From a virus (taxonomy: Duplodnaviria; Caudoviricetes): 64,000 nt of DNA. This document shows, one piece after another, positions 26,967 to 36,035 of this stretch. The notes beneath the pieces were generated by a model. The model was given only the letters and a program-made list of their open reading frames with translations. It was not told the DNA's origin and did no database searches. How positions within the stretch are numbered: position 1 is the stretch's first letter; each line of letters starts with the position of its first letter. Both the position numbers and the translations under genes were made by a program. The stretch lies in IMG/VR virus record IMGVR_UViG_3300037424_000723, positions 1-64,000 of that record. One strand, given 5' to 3'.

Positions 26967-26995
26967 ATTATATGCGAAGTTGTACACTATGTCAA
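26967..26995 (-). promoter_or_regulatory. Consensus sigma70 promoter
   Basis: TTGACA-17-TATAAT. Confidence 0.9.
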
Positions 26996-27004
26996 TAGAG
27001 TGTA

Positions 27005-27229
27005 CTAAAGTGACGAATATAACTCCAATAACGTCTTAGCCCTTGCGCCTGGCTCGACATTGCTACTCTCTACAATCCACGTTAAGGGGTTGCCCTCACA
27101 ATCTACCAATAGTGAGACGCTAATGGCTACTACCGCTTGCGCCTGTGTCCCATTCAGGTGTTGATTTTTCAACCGTTGCCCTGTTTCAAGTCGTATGCGG
27201 TTTACCAGTTTATCCCACTCGGTTATCAC
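27005..27229 (-). CDS. Hypothetical protein
   Basis: Coupled 74 aa ORF. Confidence 0.6.
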   Translation of the reverse strand: MITEWDKLVNRIRLETGQRLKNQHLNGTQAQAVVAISVSLLVDCEGNPLTWIVESSNVEPGARAKTLLELYSSL

Positions 27230-27843
27230 TTTTTCTTTTTACCCTTACCACAGCCACCCGGCCCACGTAAGGCCGGAGGTCTACCCTTTGTTATTGGCAA
27301 ATCGGTTGGCTTGCGTTGACACTTGCAATGACCACCGAAGCACGCTAATTTTGGAGATTGGGTCTCGATGCCATACTTAGCCCATATCGAATTTCGATAT
27401 ACCCGCCCATTCATACGAAGGCAGTCACAGCAGTGCTCACCCCCGTCAATTATCCACAATTCCTTGAGGTCTTTACAGGCCATCTCACGTGCTATCGTTT
27501 CAATGTAAGTATAGCGGGCAATCCACTCTTGCGCCCTTGCTTTAATCATCTCGAATGGTGCGCCGGATGCCTTATTATGGGCTACAATCCATTCAATATA
27601 CCGCCCGACATACTGATAGTTGTCACCAATGAGCCGGGTAAGTTCGGCGCTCTCTTCCTCGGTGCGCTCATCTGCCTTGATTCCACAAGCCTTTTGACCC
27701 TCAGTAAAAGCCTGTTCGTATCCCCGGCCTACTGCGCTGAATAGGGCATCAGCACCCTCGAATGAGGTTAGAGTGCCGGTATACACGCCCCGGCTTAGAG
27801 CCATAACTGAGGCTCGAAAGGTAGAGAGCGATTTATCTAACAA
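27226..27843 (-). CDS. Head morphogenesis protein (Mu gpF/SPP1 gp7-like)
   Basis: W...EHCCDCLRMNGRVY...CFGGHCKC; follows the portal. Confidence 0.7.
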   Translation of the reverse strand: MLDKSLSTFRASVMALSRGVYTGTLTSFEGADALFSAVGRGYEQAFTEGQKACGIKADERTEEESAELTRLIGDNYQYVGRYIEWIVAHNKASGAPFEMIKARAQEWIARYTYIETIAREMACKDLKELWIIDGGEHCCDCLRMNGRVYRNSIWAKYGIETQSPKLACFGGHCKCQRKPTDLPITKGRPPALRGPGGCGKGKKKK

Positions 27844-28037
27844 TGCCCACCTTGCGTATCAATCCAGTATAAGGTGTAAGGGTCAAACCACCACCGAATC
27901 CAGTAAGCTTCATAGCCAAAAATAACCCCCCAATAACTGACAATTGGGTTAAATGGTAACTTCCATCTAGTCCAGTGATGATCGGTATAACCAAAGTTTG
28001 GGTAAGGATGCTCCTTATCCTGCTTAAGTTTATCCAC
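27837..28037 (-). CDS. Hypothetical Trp-rich protein
   Basis: Coupled ORF. Confidence 0.5.
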   Translation of the reverse strand: MDKLKQDKEHPYPNFGYTDHHWTRWKLPFNPIVSYWGVIFGYEAYWIRWWFDPYTLYWIDTQGGHC

Positions 28038-28252
28038 TAGCGATTAAGAAACGTGATAACTTGCTCTGCCCCAGCGAGTAGAAAAGCCAACATACCAGCA
28101 AAGAACATTAACCGGCCTACCTCTGCCCACATTGCACCACGTGGACTTGGGGTATTGATAATGTATAGTATCAATCCACCAACCAATACGAGTACGGGTA
28201 ATAAAACTACCATTGCAAAATCCTCCTTATGATAACTCTGATAACGCTTCAA
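28037..28252 (-). CDS. Small two-TM membrane protein
   Basis: Two hydrophobic stretches; EVGRLMFFAG. Confidence 0.6.
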   Translation of the reverse strand: MKRYQSYHKEDFAMVVLLPVLVLVGGLILYIINTPSPRGAMWAEVGRLMFFAGMLAFLLAGAEQVITFLNR

Positions 28253-28302
28253 TCATAGCTCTACGGGCTAGGTTTACACCATGCCAATACTTTTAATAGG
28301 CG

Positions 28303-30027
28303 TCACATCACCTCTAATTCCTCTTGCTTAGGCGCTGGTTTATCCGGCTTCGCTTCATCAGTTTCAACATCTGCCCCTAGCACATCCTCACTCGCCATAT
28401 CCTGCTCAACTTGCTCTGCTATCTTCGCCCCCTCGTAAAGCGCCTTGAGTGCGATAAGTGCCGCAAACGCCTGTTTAGCAAGATCAAACTCTTTTGGCCG
28501 TTCTGGACTGGCAAGCGTAGCCCGTAACTCAATCTCTTTGTCGGCTATCATCTCCAAAACGAAGTCTTTATCATTCGCCGCCGGATTGAGTATGTCGCCT
28601 ACTGAGATAGCTAACATCTCTTGCATCATTGGGTCAGTTGAGTAAAACAGGTTAAGCACATCCTGCCCATCTGGTAAACGACCATCGGCTAATTCCATAT
28701 CATCGAACTGCTGTTCGGTTATGTCGCCCACATCAAGCGCCTGTAATCGGGTAGTGCGAATATCGGTTATGCCGCTGCCCAGGTTAGCCGTGTAAACCTC
28801 TGAGCGTAATTTTCTAATCTCAGCCTGGCTCCTGTCCTGCTCATCATCCTGATAATCGAATATCACCTCGCAATAGGGTGGTACTGGCTTGCCTAAAACA
28901 TCGGCTAACTTGTCACCCCCTAATAGCGATTTAAGTATCATTATGAGATGGCCTACACCCCCACCCATGCCAGCTACGTGCTGGAACATGGCATCGGCCT
29001 TAGTTGCGCCGGTTGACGTTGCGGGCCATAACCAGCGTGGGGGGATGTTGAGCGCCAGGGCAATGAGGAACATACCCAGAGTGATTGAGCGCTCCTTATC
29101 TTCGCCCATTAGAGCCGCGTGTAAGTCCTGCACATCTATTTCAATAGCGTTAGCCGGGGATGGCTTAACGTCCTTAGAGCCGATAATCACATTCTTGGAA
29201 TAGCGCCTTAATCCCTGATTATCCATAACCAAATCGGCCTGACTAAAAGCGCTGGCTATCTCACTAGCCGTTATGCCGGATTTACCGATAATAATACGAC
29301 GTTTGGGCCGGCTGCCTAATTCCTCTTGTTCTGCTATGGCTATATCCCAGAGGTGTTGAGCCGTGTGTATCATCCGGCTTAAAGCACAAAATCCAACCCC
29401 TCGTAAGTCGGCTATCCAGCTAGGCAGTGAACTGGTCATCATTACCCGTGTATGATGGAAGCGGTAACGCTCACCTGATATATCGGTGTAGATTAGGGGG
29501 TATTCGGGGTTTGACGTGCGCTGGCATCTGAGGCTGTCGAGTATTGCCAAACCGTAAAAGTTCACGCGGGGTTTGCTAAAGTCCTTGCGAGAGCGCCGGG
29601 TTATCGGGTCGAAAACTTTGGGCGCATCTCCTATTTGTTCAATGAATACACCGTTGTCTTGAGTGGTATAAGCCATTACAAAGCGTATTGCCAGCGATGG
29701 AGTCCAGCCTGCGCCATAATCTGAGATTGAGTTGATATTACTTGTCAAGTCACCAGCAACCTTAACGTGACTTTTGATGCTTGGGTCTCTAGCGATAACC
29801 TTAACCGGAATTGAGGCAAACTTAGAGGCAAGCATACTAAGGGCACTTGAGACGTGATCTTCTTTCATCCAGAAACGCGATAGCTCATAATCCCGTGCCT
29901 TTGACCAGTAGGGGGGGATTAACTCACCGGCCCGTAGGAATAGGGGGATAATGTCAAGGCCGGAGGGGTAGTCAAGATGTACCTGAGATTGGGCCGTGTT
30001 TTGTAGGACGCCGTTTAAGTCTGCCAT
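28303..30027 (-). CDS. Portal protein
   Basis: 574 aa immediately after TerL; acidic tail; assigned mainly by synteny. Confidence 0.8.
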   Translation of the reverse strand: MADLNGVLQNTAQSQVHLDYPSGLDIIPLFLRAGELIPPYWSKARDYELSRFWMKEDHVSSALSMLASKFASIPVKVIARDPSIKSHVKVAGDLTSNINSISDYGAGWTPSLAIRFVMAYTTQDNGVFIEQIGDAPKVFDPITRRSRKDFSKPRVNFYGLAILDSLRCQRTSNPEYPLIYTDISGERYRFHHTRVMMTSSLPSWIADLRGVGFCALSRMIHTAQHLWDIAIAEQEELGSRPKRRIIIGKSGITASEIASAFSQADLVMDNQGLRRYSKNVIIGSKDVKPSPANAIEIDVQDLHAALMGEDKERSITLGMFLIALALNIPPRWLWPATSTGATKADAMFQHVAGMGGGVGHLIMILKSLLGGDKLADVLGKPVPPYCEVIFDYQDDEQDRSQAEIRKLRSEVYTANLGSGITDIRTTRLQALDVGDITEQQFDDMELADGRLPDGQDVLNLFYSTDPMMQEMLAISVGDILNPAANDKDFVLEMIADKEIELRATLASPERPKEFDLAKQAFAALIALKALYEGAKIAEQVEQDMASEDVLGADVETDEAKPDKPAPKQEELEVM

Positions 30028-30030
30028 TGT

Positions 30031-31269
30031 TTACCAACTATCTACGGTTAGAATTTCGATGCCCACACTGTTTGTAACCGCCCGCCAGGAAAGCGCCCGG
30101 CCTATAACCGTATCGTCATTCATGCCGCTTGGCGCTGAGTAGGTAGGCCGGTTTGTGTTGGGTGACATCTTGAGTTCATATGATTCAAGCTCACCTGTAC
30201 AAACGGGATTATCTAGCCACTGACATTCTGCCCGTTCAAAGCAGAGAGCCAAACTTTCAATAAGCGGGGGTTTACTTACGGCAGTAGTTTGAAAGCCAAC
30301 TACGGGAAAGCCAGAGCGTTGCAATTCTTCTATGTTTGGCTCTCCAATGCTGTTTGCCTCAGCTTCTATGTGTACCACATTCCAACTATTCCATAAAGCG
30401 CCTAGCCGGTCACGTTGGAAATGATAGTCAATCTGATTAAATCTGTCCTGGGCTACTTCCTGCTTACAGTCAGCACAAACGAGTGAAGTAAAAGTAAAGT
30501 CGTTTTGTTTGGCCCAATCCAGGCCAGCTACTATTCTATGGCCCTCATGTTGAGCCGGGGTTGTTTGAGGTGCGCTCATGCAGGCGGCTAAATTCCTGAA
30601 TACCTGCCCTTCACTTTCAAGAAATTCAGCTAGTATCTCTTGCCGGTATGCCGCATCTGTCATGTCCTGAGTTATCTCAGCCAGGGCATCTTTGCTTAAG
30701 TAGGGGTTGTCATGCGAGGTAAAGTGCCAGGCTTGCCAACGGCCCGACGTGTCACTAATAGCCCGCTGGTAAAGTTTATAGGCGTGATTTTTGCGCTTGG
30801 GGGTAAAAATAAAAGTAGCATTGCCGTTGTTATCCAATAACATTGGCGCAGCTACTTCTTCCCAGGCGTTGGGATTCATCAGGCTATATTCTTCCATAAA
30901 TAAATCATCGGCATAATCACCCCGTAAGCTATCGGCGTCCCAGGCAGTTTTGGCCCTGATACGTCCGCCATCTCTAATTTCCAAAACTCTATCGGTCTCA
31001 TTTTTGTGGATAATACCGGCAGCTATCGGTTCACGTAAAAACCGCTTTACTCTGGCCCAAAAGGTACTCGTTTGATCTGCGGTAGGAGCAGCATATAAAA
31101 CACGTCTACCGGCTAACAATGATTCAGATGCCTTACCGGATACCCCCATTGTTTTACCAGAGCGACGGCCAGCGACAATCACTTTACGCTTGGCCTTACT
31201 GCGGGTAAAGTCAATTTGCTTGGCGTGATATTTAGGTAGATGCGCTTGGAGTTCCATCGCCCGTATCAT
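30031..31269 (-). CDS. terL: Terminase large subunit
   Basis: AGRRSGKT Walker A; LRGDYADDLFMEEY; YRQEILAEF; GLDWAKQNDFT; NDDTVIG. Confidence 0.96.
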   Translation of the reverse strand: MIRAMELQAHLPKYHAKQIDFTRSKAKRKVIVAGRRSGKTMGVSGKASESLLAGRRVLYAAPTADQTSTFWARVKRFLREPIAAGIIHKNETDRVLEIRDGGRIRAKTAWDADSLRGDYADDLFMEEYSLMNPNAWEEVAAPMLLDNNGNATFIFTPKRKNHAYKLYQRAISDTSGRWQAWHFTSHDNPYLSKDALAEITQDMTDAAYRQEILAEFLESEGQVFRNLAACMSAPQTTPAQHEGHRIVAGLDWAKQNDFTFTSLVCADCKQEVAQDRFNQIDYHFQRDRLGALWNSWNVVHIEAEANSIGEPNIEELQRSGFPVVGFQTTAVSKPPLIESLALCFERAECQWLDNPVCTGELESYELKMSPNTNRPTYSAPSGMNDDTVIGRALSWRAVTNSVGIEILTVDSW

Positions 31270-31732
31270 CGTGAATAATCTTAATTATAAAGGGGCTGTC
31301 AGATGTACCAGTTTCAGTACCTAGCAACTTGTGATGTTTGGCTAACCGTTCAAGGTTGACATCTGCCGGGTAAAGTTCGAGTTCTATTTCCTCATACCGG
31401 TTTTCGTTTTTGTCGTAAGTAACTTTGCGCTTGAACTTTTTGATTACTTGGGCTTTATCACCCAATTCAGCTAAATCGGAATCTGATTGAATATGAGCAA
31501 AGTCAGCAATGTTAGACCGGGCCATATTAGCCAAGCGTAAAATAGTCTCATCGGCTGACATTTTTAGCGAGGCTATTCTATTAGCTATATAAACACTGAT
31601 ACTAGGATTTACAAGGTTTTTAGGCCCTTCAACATTAGGATAGGCGTACCCGGCCCGCCTTGCTGCCTCTGTTGCGTTCCAGCAAGTTAAATAGTTTTCA
31701 ATAAATACCTGCTGCTTGTTACTTAATGCCAT
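31232..31732 (-). CDS. terS: Terminase small subunit
   Basis: LSNKQQVFIENYLTCWNATEAARRAGY. Confidence 0.93.
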   Translation of the reverse strand: MALSNKQQVFIENYLTCWNATEAARRAGYAYPNVEGPKNLVNPSISVYIANRIASLKMSADETILRLANMARSNIADFAHIQSDSDLAELGDKAQVIKKFKRKVTYDKNENRYEEIELELYPADVNLERLAKHHKLLGTETGTSDSPFIIKIIHDDTGDGTPSAST

Positions 31733-31754
31733 ACTCTACTCACAAAACGGGTAA

Positions 31755-32003
31755 TCAAATCTGACTACCCGTAAACTCAATCGTTTTTAGTATTTTGTCG
31801 GCCTGTTCCCTGTCGCCCTCTTTTTCATTCTCCGGTAACGCAGCGTAAGGCGTATTCATTTGGCGCTGCCATCGCTCGACTTTATCAGCCGGCATTGTCC
31901 AGGTGCCATCGGCGTTAAATGTGCCGACGCTAAACATCCATTTCATCCAATGCGACCAAATTGAATGGCTAATATCTGACAACTCTTCTCTTAATGCACT
32001 CAC
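31755..32003 (-). CDS. RyR-domain-like small protein
   Basis: HSIW...PYAALPENEKEGDREQA. Confidence 0.6.
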   Translation of the reverse strand: MSALREELSDISHSIWSHWMKWMFSVGTFNADGTWTMPADKVERWQRQMNTPYAALPENEKEGDREQADKILKTIEFTGSQI

Positions 32004-32185
32004 TTTACCCTCACCTCTAACCGCTTCTTATCCCCACTCACCGTAAACCGCCCATCGGTTAAATCCAGCGTCTTGCCACTTGGGACGGTTACAATCTTGC
32101 TCAGGCCATCGGGGGTTAGTTCGATACCCCAATCGAATATGCTGAGCTTGTCAGTTATAAGCGGCTTAGTGGTTTTATCACTCAT
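32000..32185 (-). CDS. Hypothetical protein
   Basis: Coupled ORF. Confidence 0.55.
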   Translation of the reverse strand: MSDKTTKPLITDKLSIFDWGIELTPDGLSKIVTVPSGKTLDLTDGRFTVSGDKKRLEVRVK

Positions 32186-32426
32186 AATTCCGACTTCCTC
32201 AAATCCATCCCGGTCAACCTGTCAACGCGCTGTCTAAGTGGCATATCATCTAGCCGTAGACTGTTGAGCCAGGCCGACATATCGCACTCGTAACGTTGCC
32301 TGTAAATCGGAAACGAGCGCTTGTTGCCATAGCACCAGTAGCAAGTACCGCCATTACGTTTCAGGCTCTTTTGGTCGGCCTTTGTAGTGGCTCATTACAC
32401 CCTGGGCAGCGCGGGTTATCACTCAT
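32182..32426 (-). pseudogene. Frameshifted CxxC-CxxC gene, first gene of the late operon
   Basis: MSDNPRCPGCNEPLQRP continues in the -1 frame as QKSLKRNGGTCYWCYGNKR...; 245 nt span. Confidence 0.5.
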
Positions 32427-32432
32427 ACCGTT

Positions 32433-32461
32433 ATTGTAAATCATAATGGATAAAAAATCAA
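32433..32461 (-). promoter_or_regulatory. Late-operon promoter (leaderless start)
   Basis: TTGATT-17-TACAAT, 6 nt before ATG 32426. Confidence 0.6.
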
Positions 32462-32505
32462 TAGCGGGTTATAGGTAACAAGTTTTGGTATTATGTCAGA
32501 TAGAC

Positions 32506-32533
32506 TTGACATCTATCAAAACTGTGTTATAAT
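32506..32533 (+). promoter_or_regulatory. Early promoter
   Basis: TTGACA-16-TATAAT with extended TG. Confidence 0.85.
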
Positions 32534-32575
32534 TAGATTTATAACTGATTATTAAATAGATAGGAGATTAAATTT

Positions 32576-32857
32576 ATGGGAAAACGAGGGCCGCGCCCTA
32601 CTGGTAAAAAGTCATACGTCGGCTTATTTGCTTTTGATTATCCATCTGCGGTTGAAGCTCAGGCTATACAGGAGTTGGTATTTGCAACCCCGGCCAAACG
32701 TACATTGTTATCAGGGGAATGGTTTAGAGCTTGGGCCAGAGAAAAGGGGTTTGTACATTGCCCTAACTGCCTTATGTACTTCTCTCCCTTACAGGATAAT
32801 TGTTTAAGCTGTGGTCAGATTTTGCAAGCAAAGGAGCAAACCGATGAGAAAATGTAA
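32576..32857 (+). CDS. Hypothetical Zn-ribbon protein
   Basis: RBS AGGAG; CPNC...CLSC. Confidence 0.7.
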   Translation: MGKRGPRPTGKKSYVGLFAFDYPSAVEAQAIQELVFATPAKRTLLSGEWFRAWAREKGFVHCPNCLMYFSPLQDNCLSCGQILQAKEQTDEKM

Positions 32858-33047
32858 ATGCGGAAATGAGGCAAAATGGCTAAAGTTAAATCGGCGCTGG
32901 CTGTGTGACGCCTGCGCCAAAGAGCAGGGTTTTTTAGTGCCTTGTCACGGAGAAGCCCACTCAAACCCATTTATTGATAATTGCGGCGTGTGTATGCCGC
33001 GTTGGGGATTGGTGGAAGTTAAAAAGGAGCAACCGAGCAATGAGTAA
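32844..33047 (+). CDS. Hypothetical Cys-rich protein
   Basis: RBS AAGGAG; CKC...CDAC...CGVC. Confidence 0.65.
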   Translation: MRKCKCGNEAKWLKLNRRWLCDACAKEQGFLVPCHGEAHSNPFIDNCGVCMPRWGLVEVKKEQPSNE

Positions 33048-33432
33048 CTTAGACAACGTTAAGGAAGGTGACACTGTAGCCCTTCAAACCGGCTGGCATA
33101 GCACCGGCTTTCATTCTGGCATTGCCATCTATGAAAAGGCCGTAGTTAAAAAGGTGACGGTCAAAGAAGTAACCGTCAACGGTAAACGTTTCTTGAAGCG
33201 CAATGGTTTTTTGTTTGGCGCTGGCAACTATCCCGGCCCCAGAGAATTAAGAATCCACGCACTCACCCCTGATATGGAAAAGATCATTAACATCAATATC
33301 CTGCTGGTGGCAGAGGACAAAAAGCGCCAGAGCTATCTAAGAATTATTGAAAACGCCAAGTTCAAGGATTTAGATACCAGCAAGCTGGCTAAATTAGCGG
33401 CTATTCTACAGGAGAAAACCGGCAATGAGTAA
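33040..33432 (+). CDS. Hypothetical protein (SH3-like beta N-terminus)
   Basis: RBS AAGGAG. Confidence 0.7.
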   Translation: MSNLDNVKEGDTVALQTGWHSTGFHSGIAIYEKAVVKKVTVKEVTVNGKRFLKRNGFLFGAGNYPGPRELRIHALTPDMEKIININILLVAEDKKRQSYLRIIENAKFKDLDTSKLAKLAAILQEKTGNE

Positions 33433-33676
33433 CCCCCTTAGCTTTATAAAGATACCCGCAAACGGGCTGAAATCTTACTGCAAGCCACAAAGGAGTAAAC
33501 CAATGAGTAACAAATACTTTTATAAAAATATTGAAGGTTCTTACTCAATTCGTCGCCGTGAACCTTCGCACCCTAACGGCTATGTGCATATCTGTTGGGA
33601 GTATAGCCTAACAGACGCAAAGGAACATGTCAAATTACTAAACAAAGCTAATCAGGAGCAAAAATCTAATGAATAA
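33425..33676 (+). CDS. Hypothetical protein (alternative start 33503)
   Basis: Two in-frame RBS-ATGAGTAAC starts. Confidence 0.6.
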   Translation: MSNPLSFIKIPANGLKSYCKPQRSKPMSNKYFYKNIEGSYSIRRREPSHPNGYVHICWEYSLTDAKEHVKLLNKANQEQKSNE

Positions 33677-33902
33677 CTACGCCCTCCACATCGCTGGCGA
33701 CACTGCCATTTATCCATACTATTTTCTTGAGATCGCTATCCATATTGGGATAGCACACAACGTCCACTTTACCGTTGAAATGGTATCACCTGAGATGATA
33801 GTATGCTTCTGGCAGCCAGGTATGTCGGAAGTGGCGTACAATGAGACTTATAAGCGCCATATGGAAGATCAGCAGAGAGCGTTGCAACGGGTGAGGGGAT
33901 GA
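33669..33902 (+). CDS. Hypothetical protein
   Basis: RBS CAGGAG. Confidence 0.6.
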   Translation: MNNYALHIAGDTAIYPYYFLEIAIHIGIAHNVHFTVEMVSPEMIVCFWQPGMSEVAYNETYKRHMEDQQRALQRVRG

Positions 33903-34085
33903 AATACACCACTTCGATAACACTTCACAAGTTTCAAAATCACTGCCAGATTTATCGGTGTAAACGTAATAAGTTTTATGATGGCTTTTCTCAAGCATCA
34001 CGCTTACGTCTGATAAGAGTCACAAACCATTTATCATATCATATTAACCGAGTTGATAGTGATTATATTTTTTGGAGCGATTAAA

Positions 34086-34412
34086 ATGACCACAATCACA
34101 ACCGCCCGACAAATCTTCTACAACTATCTCAAACTACCCGTTGACGCGCCCATGCCGGAGTATGTTAGTTTGGGGGATTATGAGGCGCTTAGAACTGCTG
34201 CAAAAGAAATGAAAAACGAAGCACAAAATGTTCTAAACGAAAATGAGATGCTATTGACACTACTCAGGCAATGGGCAGAGATTGGATCATTCCTTCAAAC
34301 GCGTACATCTATGGCCCATGCCGACAAATTAGATCAACTTAGAATTGACACTAAAGCGGCATTGGATGTCCAACCGGGCAACAATCCCGGTACTTTAGAC
34401 CGCGCCGATTAG
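34086..34412 (+). CDS. Hypothetical protein
   Basis: RBS GGAG before ATG 34086. Confidence 0.65.
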   Translation: MTTITTARQIFYNYLKLPVDAPMPEYVSLGDYEALRTAAKEMKNEAQNVLNENEMLLTLLRQWAEIGSFLQTRTSMAHADKLDQLRIDTKAALDVQPGNNPGTLDRAD

Positions 34413-34491
34413 TGCCATTTGACCCTTATAACTCCTGAGCATATCGGCTATACTAGTCTCATAAGTAAATTCACTCAGGAGCAAGTTCAAA

Positions 34492-34668
34492 ATGATTGAT
34501 ACCATAATGCACTACATTTACGATAGCTTACTTGACGATTGGAACCTCCCTCATTGGGACAAGCAGACGGCGACAGAACTTGGTTTTACCCTGGCCTTCA
34601 TAACCCGAATGGCCCATACCGAGGATGAAGTAACACTGGCAAGTCGTAACTTGAAGTGGAGCTTTTAA
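34492..34668 (+). CDS. Small hypothetical protein (58 aa)
   Basis: RBS AGGAG; ATG-to-TAA distance is 177 nt. Confidence 0.45.
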   Translation: MIDTIMHYIYDSLLDDWNLPHWDKQTATELGFTLAFITRMAHTEDEVTLASRNLKWSF

Positions 34669-34670
34669 CA

Positions 34671-34901
34671 ATGACCACCCAACAGCAACGCGAAAATGCT
34701 CAACAAATCCGCATGGCCCTACTTGCTGCAATGCAAGATGTTGGCAATCCCGATGACGTTATCGAAGTGGATTACCTAAGCGCAGATGATAATATGCCAG
34801 CTACGGGTAAGATCAATTTAGCCGATGTGTGCGGGGGTGTTAAGCGGGTTGACCCCTACTTGAAAATAAGGATGGCCCCCAATGACTGCTTTTACCGATA
34901 A
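34671..34901 (+). CDS. Hypothetical protein
   Basis: RBS GGAG. Confidence 0.6.
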   Translation: MTTQQQRENAQQIRMALLAAMQDVGNPDDVIEVDYLSADDNMPATGKINLADVCGGVKRVDPYLKIRMAPNDCFYR

Positions 34902-35172
34902 TGGTTTGATTGCGACTAATGGCAAATGGATTAACTGCGCCCAAACTCAACATATGAATACCAGAATCGCCAACACAGGGCTAGGGCCATTTGTCGAATG
35001 TAGAACGGGCGACACCGCTGAATTTGAAGCGTTCTACACTGTTGACCACACACTACCCACTCAGGCTCAATTTGAAACTTTGGTGGATTGGTGTACTGCA
35101 ATGGGAGAACGATTTGAGGATGTTACCGATTGTTGGCGTAAACCCTGGCAAAAGTGGCGGGGTGATGACTAA
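34882..35172 (+). CDS. Hypothetical protein
   Basis: Overlapping coupled ORF. Confidence 0.6.
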   Translation: MTAFTDNGLIATNGKWINCAQTQHMNTRIANTGLGPFVECRTGDTAEFEAFYTVDHTLPTQAQFETLVDWCTAMGERFEDVTDCWRKPWQKWRGDD

Positions 35173-35277
35173 TGCGCCTCACGCTGTACCGACTACTTAC
35201 CCGGCTTATCATGTGGCTAGACGGCCCAGAGCCAGGACAGGTGAACTATCAAAATAAGAAATGGAGAGGATGACAAA

Positions 35278-35484
35278 ATGCAATGTGAAGGATGGCGACG
35301 AACTGGCGGAGCATTTACGTTTGGGCCGGTTAAGTGGGAGCAATGCACGAATGATGCCATTGTAACCCTAGAAGTAACACAAGATGGCAAAACAGAGAAA
35401 ATGCTTGCCTGCCTGAAATGCTGGAATGAAGCAATTGGGGCTGGTATTAAAATATCAGAGGCATTGCCAGTAGAATTAAAATAG
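35278..35484 (+). CDS. Hypothetical Cys-containing protein
   Basis: RBS GGAGAGG; CEG...C...CLKC. Confidence 0.65.
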   Translation: MQCEGWRRTGGAFTFGPVKWEQCTNDAIVTLEVTQDGKTEKMLACLKCWNEAIGAGIKISEALPVELK

Positions 35485-35611
35485 GGCTAGTCCCGCCACC
35501 AGACTAGCTCTGAAAGGAGGGGAACGCCCAGCAAACCGGGATACGAGAAGCACAAACTAAATCATACAACTGAATACCAATTAAAACAAATCACAAAAAG
35601 GATACTTCAAA

Positions 35612-35707
35612 ATGTTACGCAAAATCAAACTCGCACTTCACAAAGCGTTCTGTATTAACTGTCAATTTGGAAATCACTGCGGTCGCTGTACCTGCTGTAA
35701 AGGGTAA
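35612..35707 (+). CDS. 31-aa Cys-rich peptide
   Basis: MLRKIKLALHKAFCINCQFGNHCGRCTCCKG; RBS AAGGA. Confidence 0.55.
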   Translation: MLRKIKLALHKAFCINCQFGNHCGRCTCCKG

Positions 35708-35711
35708 TCAA

Positions 35712-35867
35712 ATGTCAACTGCAATCTCAAAAGAGGATTTAGAAGCATTGGCAAAAGCCTTGAAAGAGGCCAAACCAGAAATCAAAAGTGAAGATACATT
35801 CAGGGACGCCTGCAAGGGTATAATGAGTCGGCAAGCTACAAAGAAGGAACCTCAAGATGTTACGTAG
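35712..35867 (+). CDS. Hypothetical peptide
   Basis: RBS AAGGG. Confidence 0.5.
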   Translation: MSTAISKEDLEALAKALKEAKPEIKSEDTFRDACKGIMSRQATKKEPQDVT

Positions 35868-36003
35868 ATTATTGGACATCATTTGGGGAACAATCTACTG
35901 TATGGATTGTAGTAACCCCATAGGGAGTTGTGACGGCGAGGACAGTAGCGGGTTATGCTCAGGATGCGCCAGCAAGCGAGATGCAAACGGCGGCAATAGT
36001 TAA
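35857..36003 (+). CDS. 48-aa Cys-rich peptide
   Basis: MLRRLLDIIWGTIYCMDCSNPIGSCDGEDSSGLCSGC; RBS AAGGA. Confidence 0.55.
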   Translation: MLRRLLDIIWGTIYCMDCSNPIGSCDGEDSSGLCSGCASKRDANGGNS

Positions 36004-36035
36004 TAACAGCGGCTTAACGCGGAGAGGATTAAGTA

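Noticed and set aside
34492-34668. Suspected frameshift in a small ORF
   Set aside because: The ATG-to-stop distance is a multiple of 3; the ORF is simply under the 60-aa cutoff
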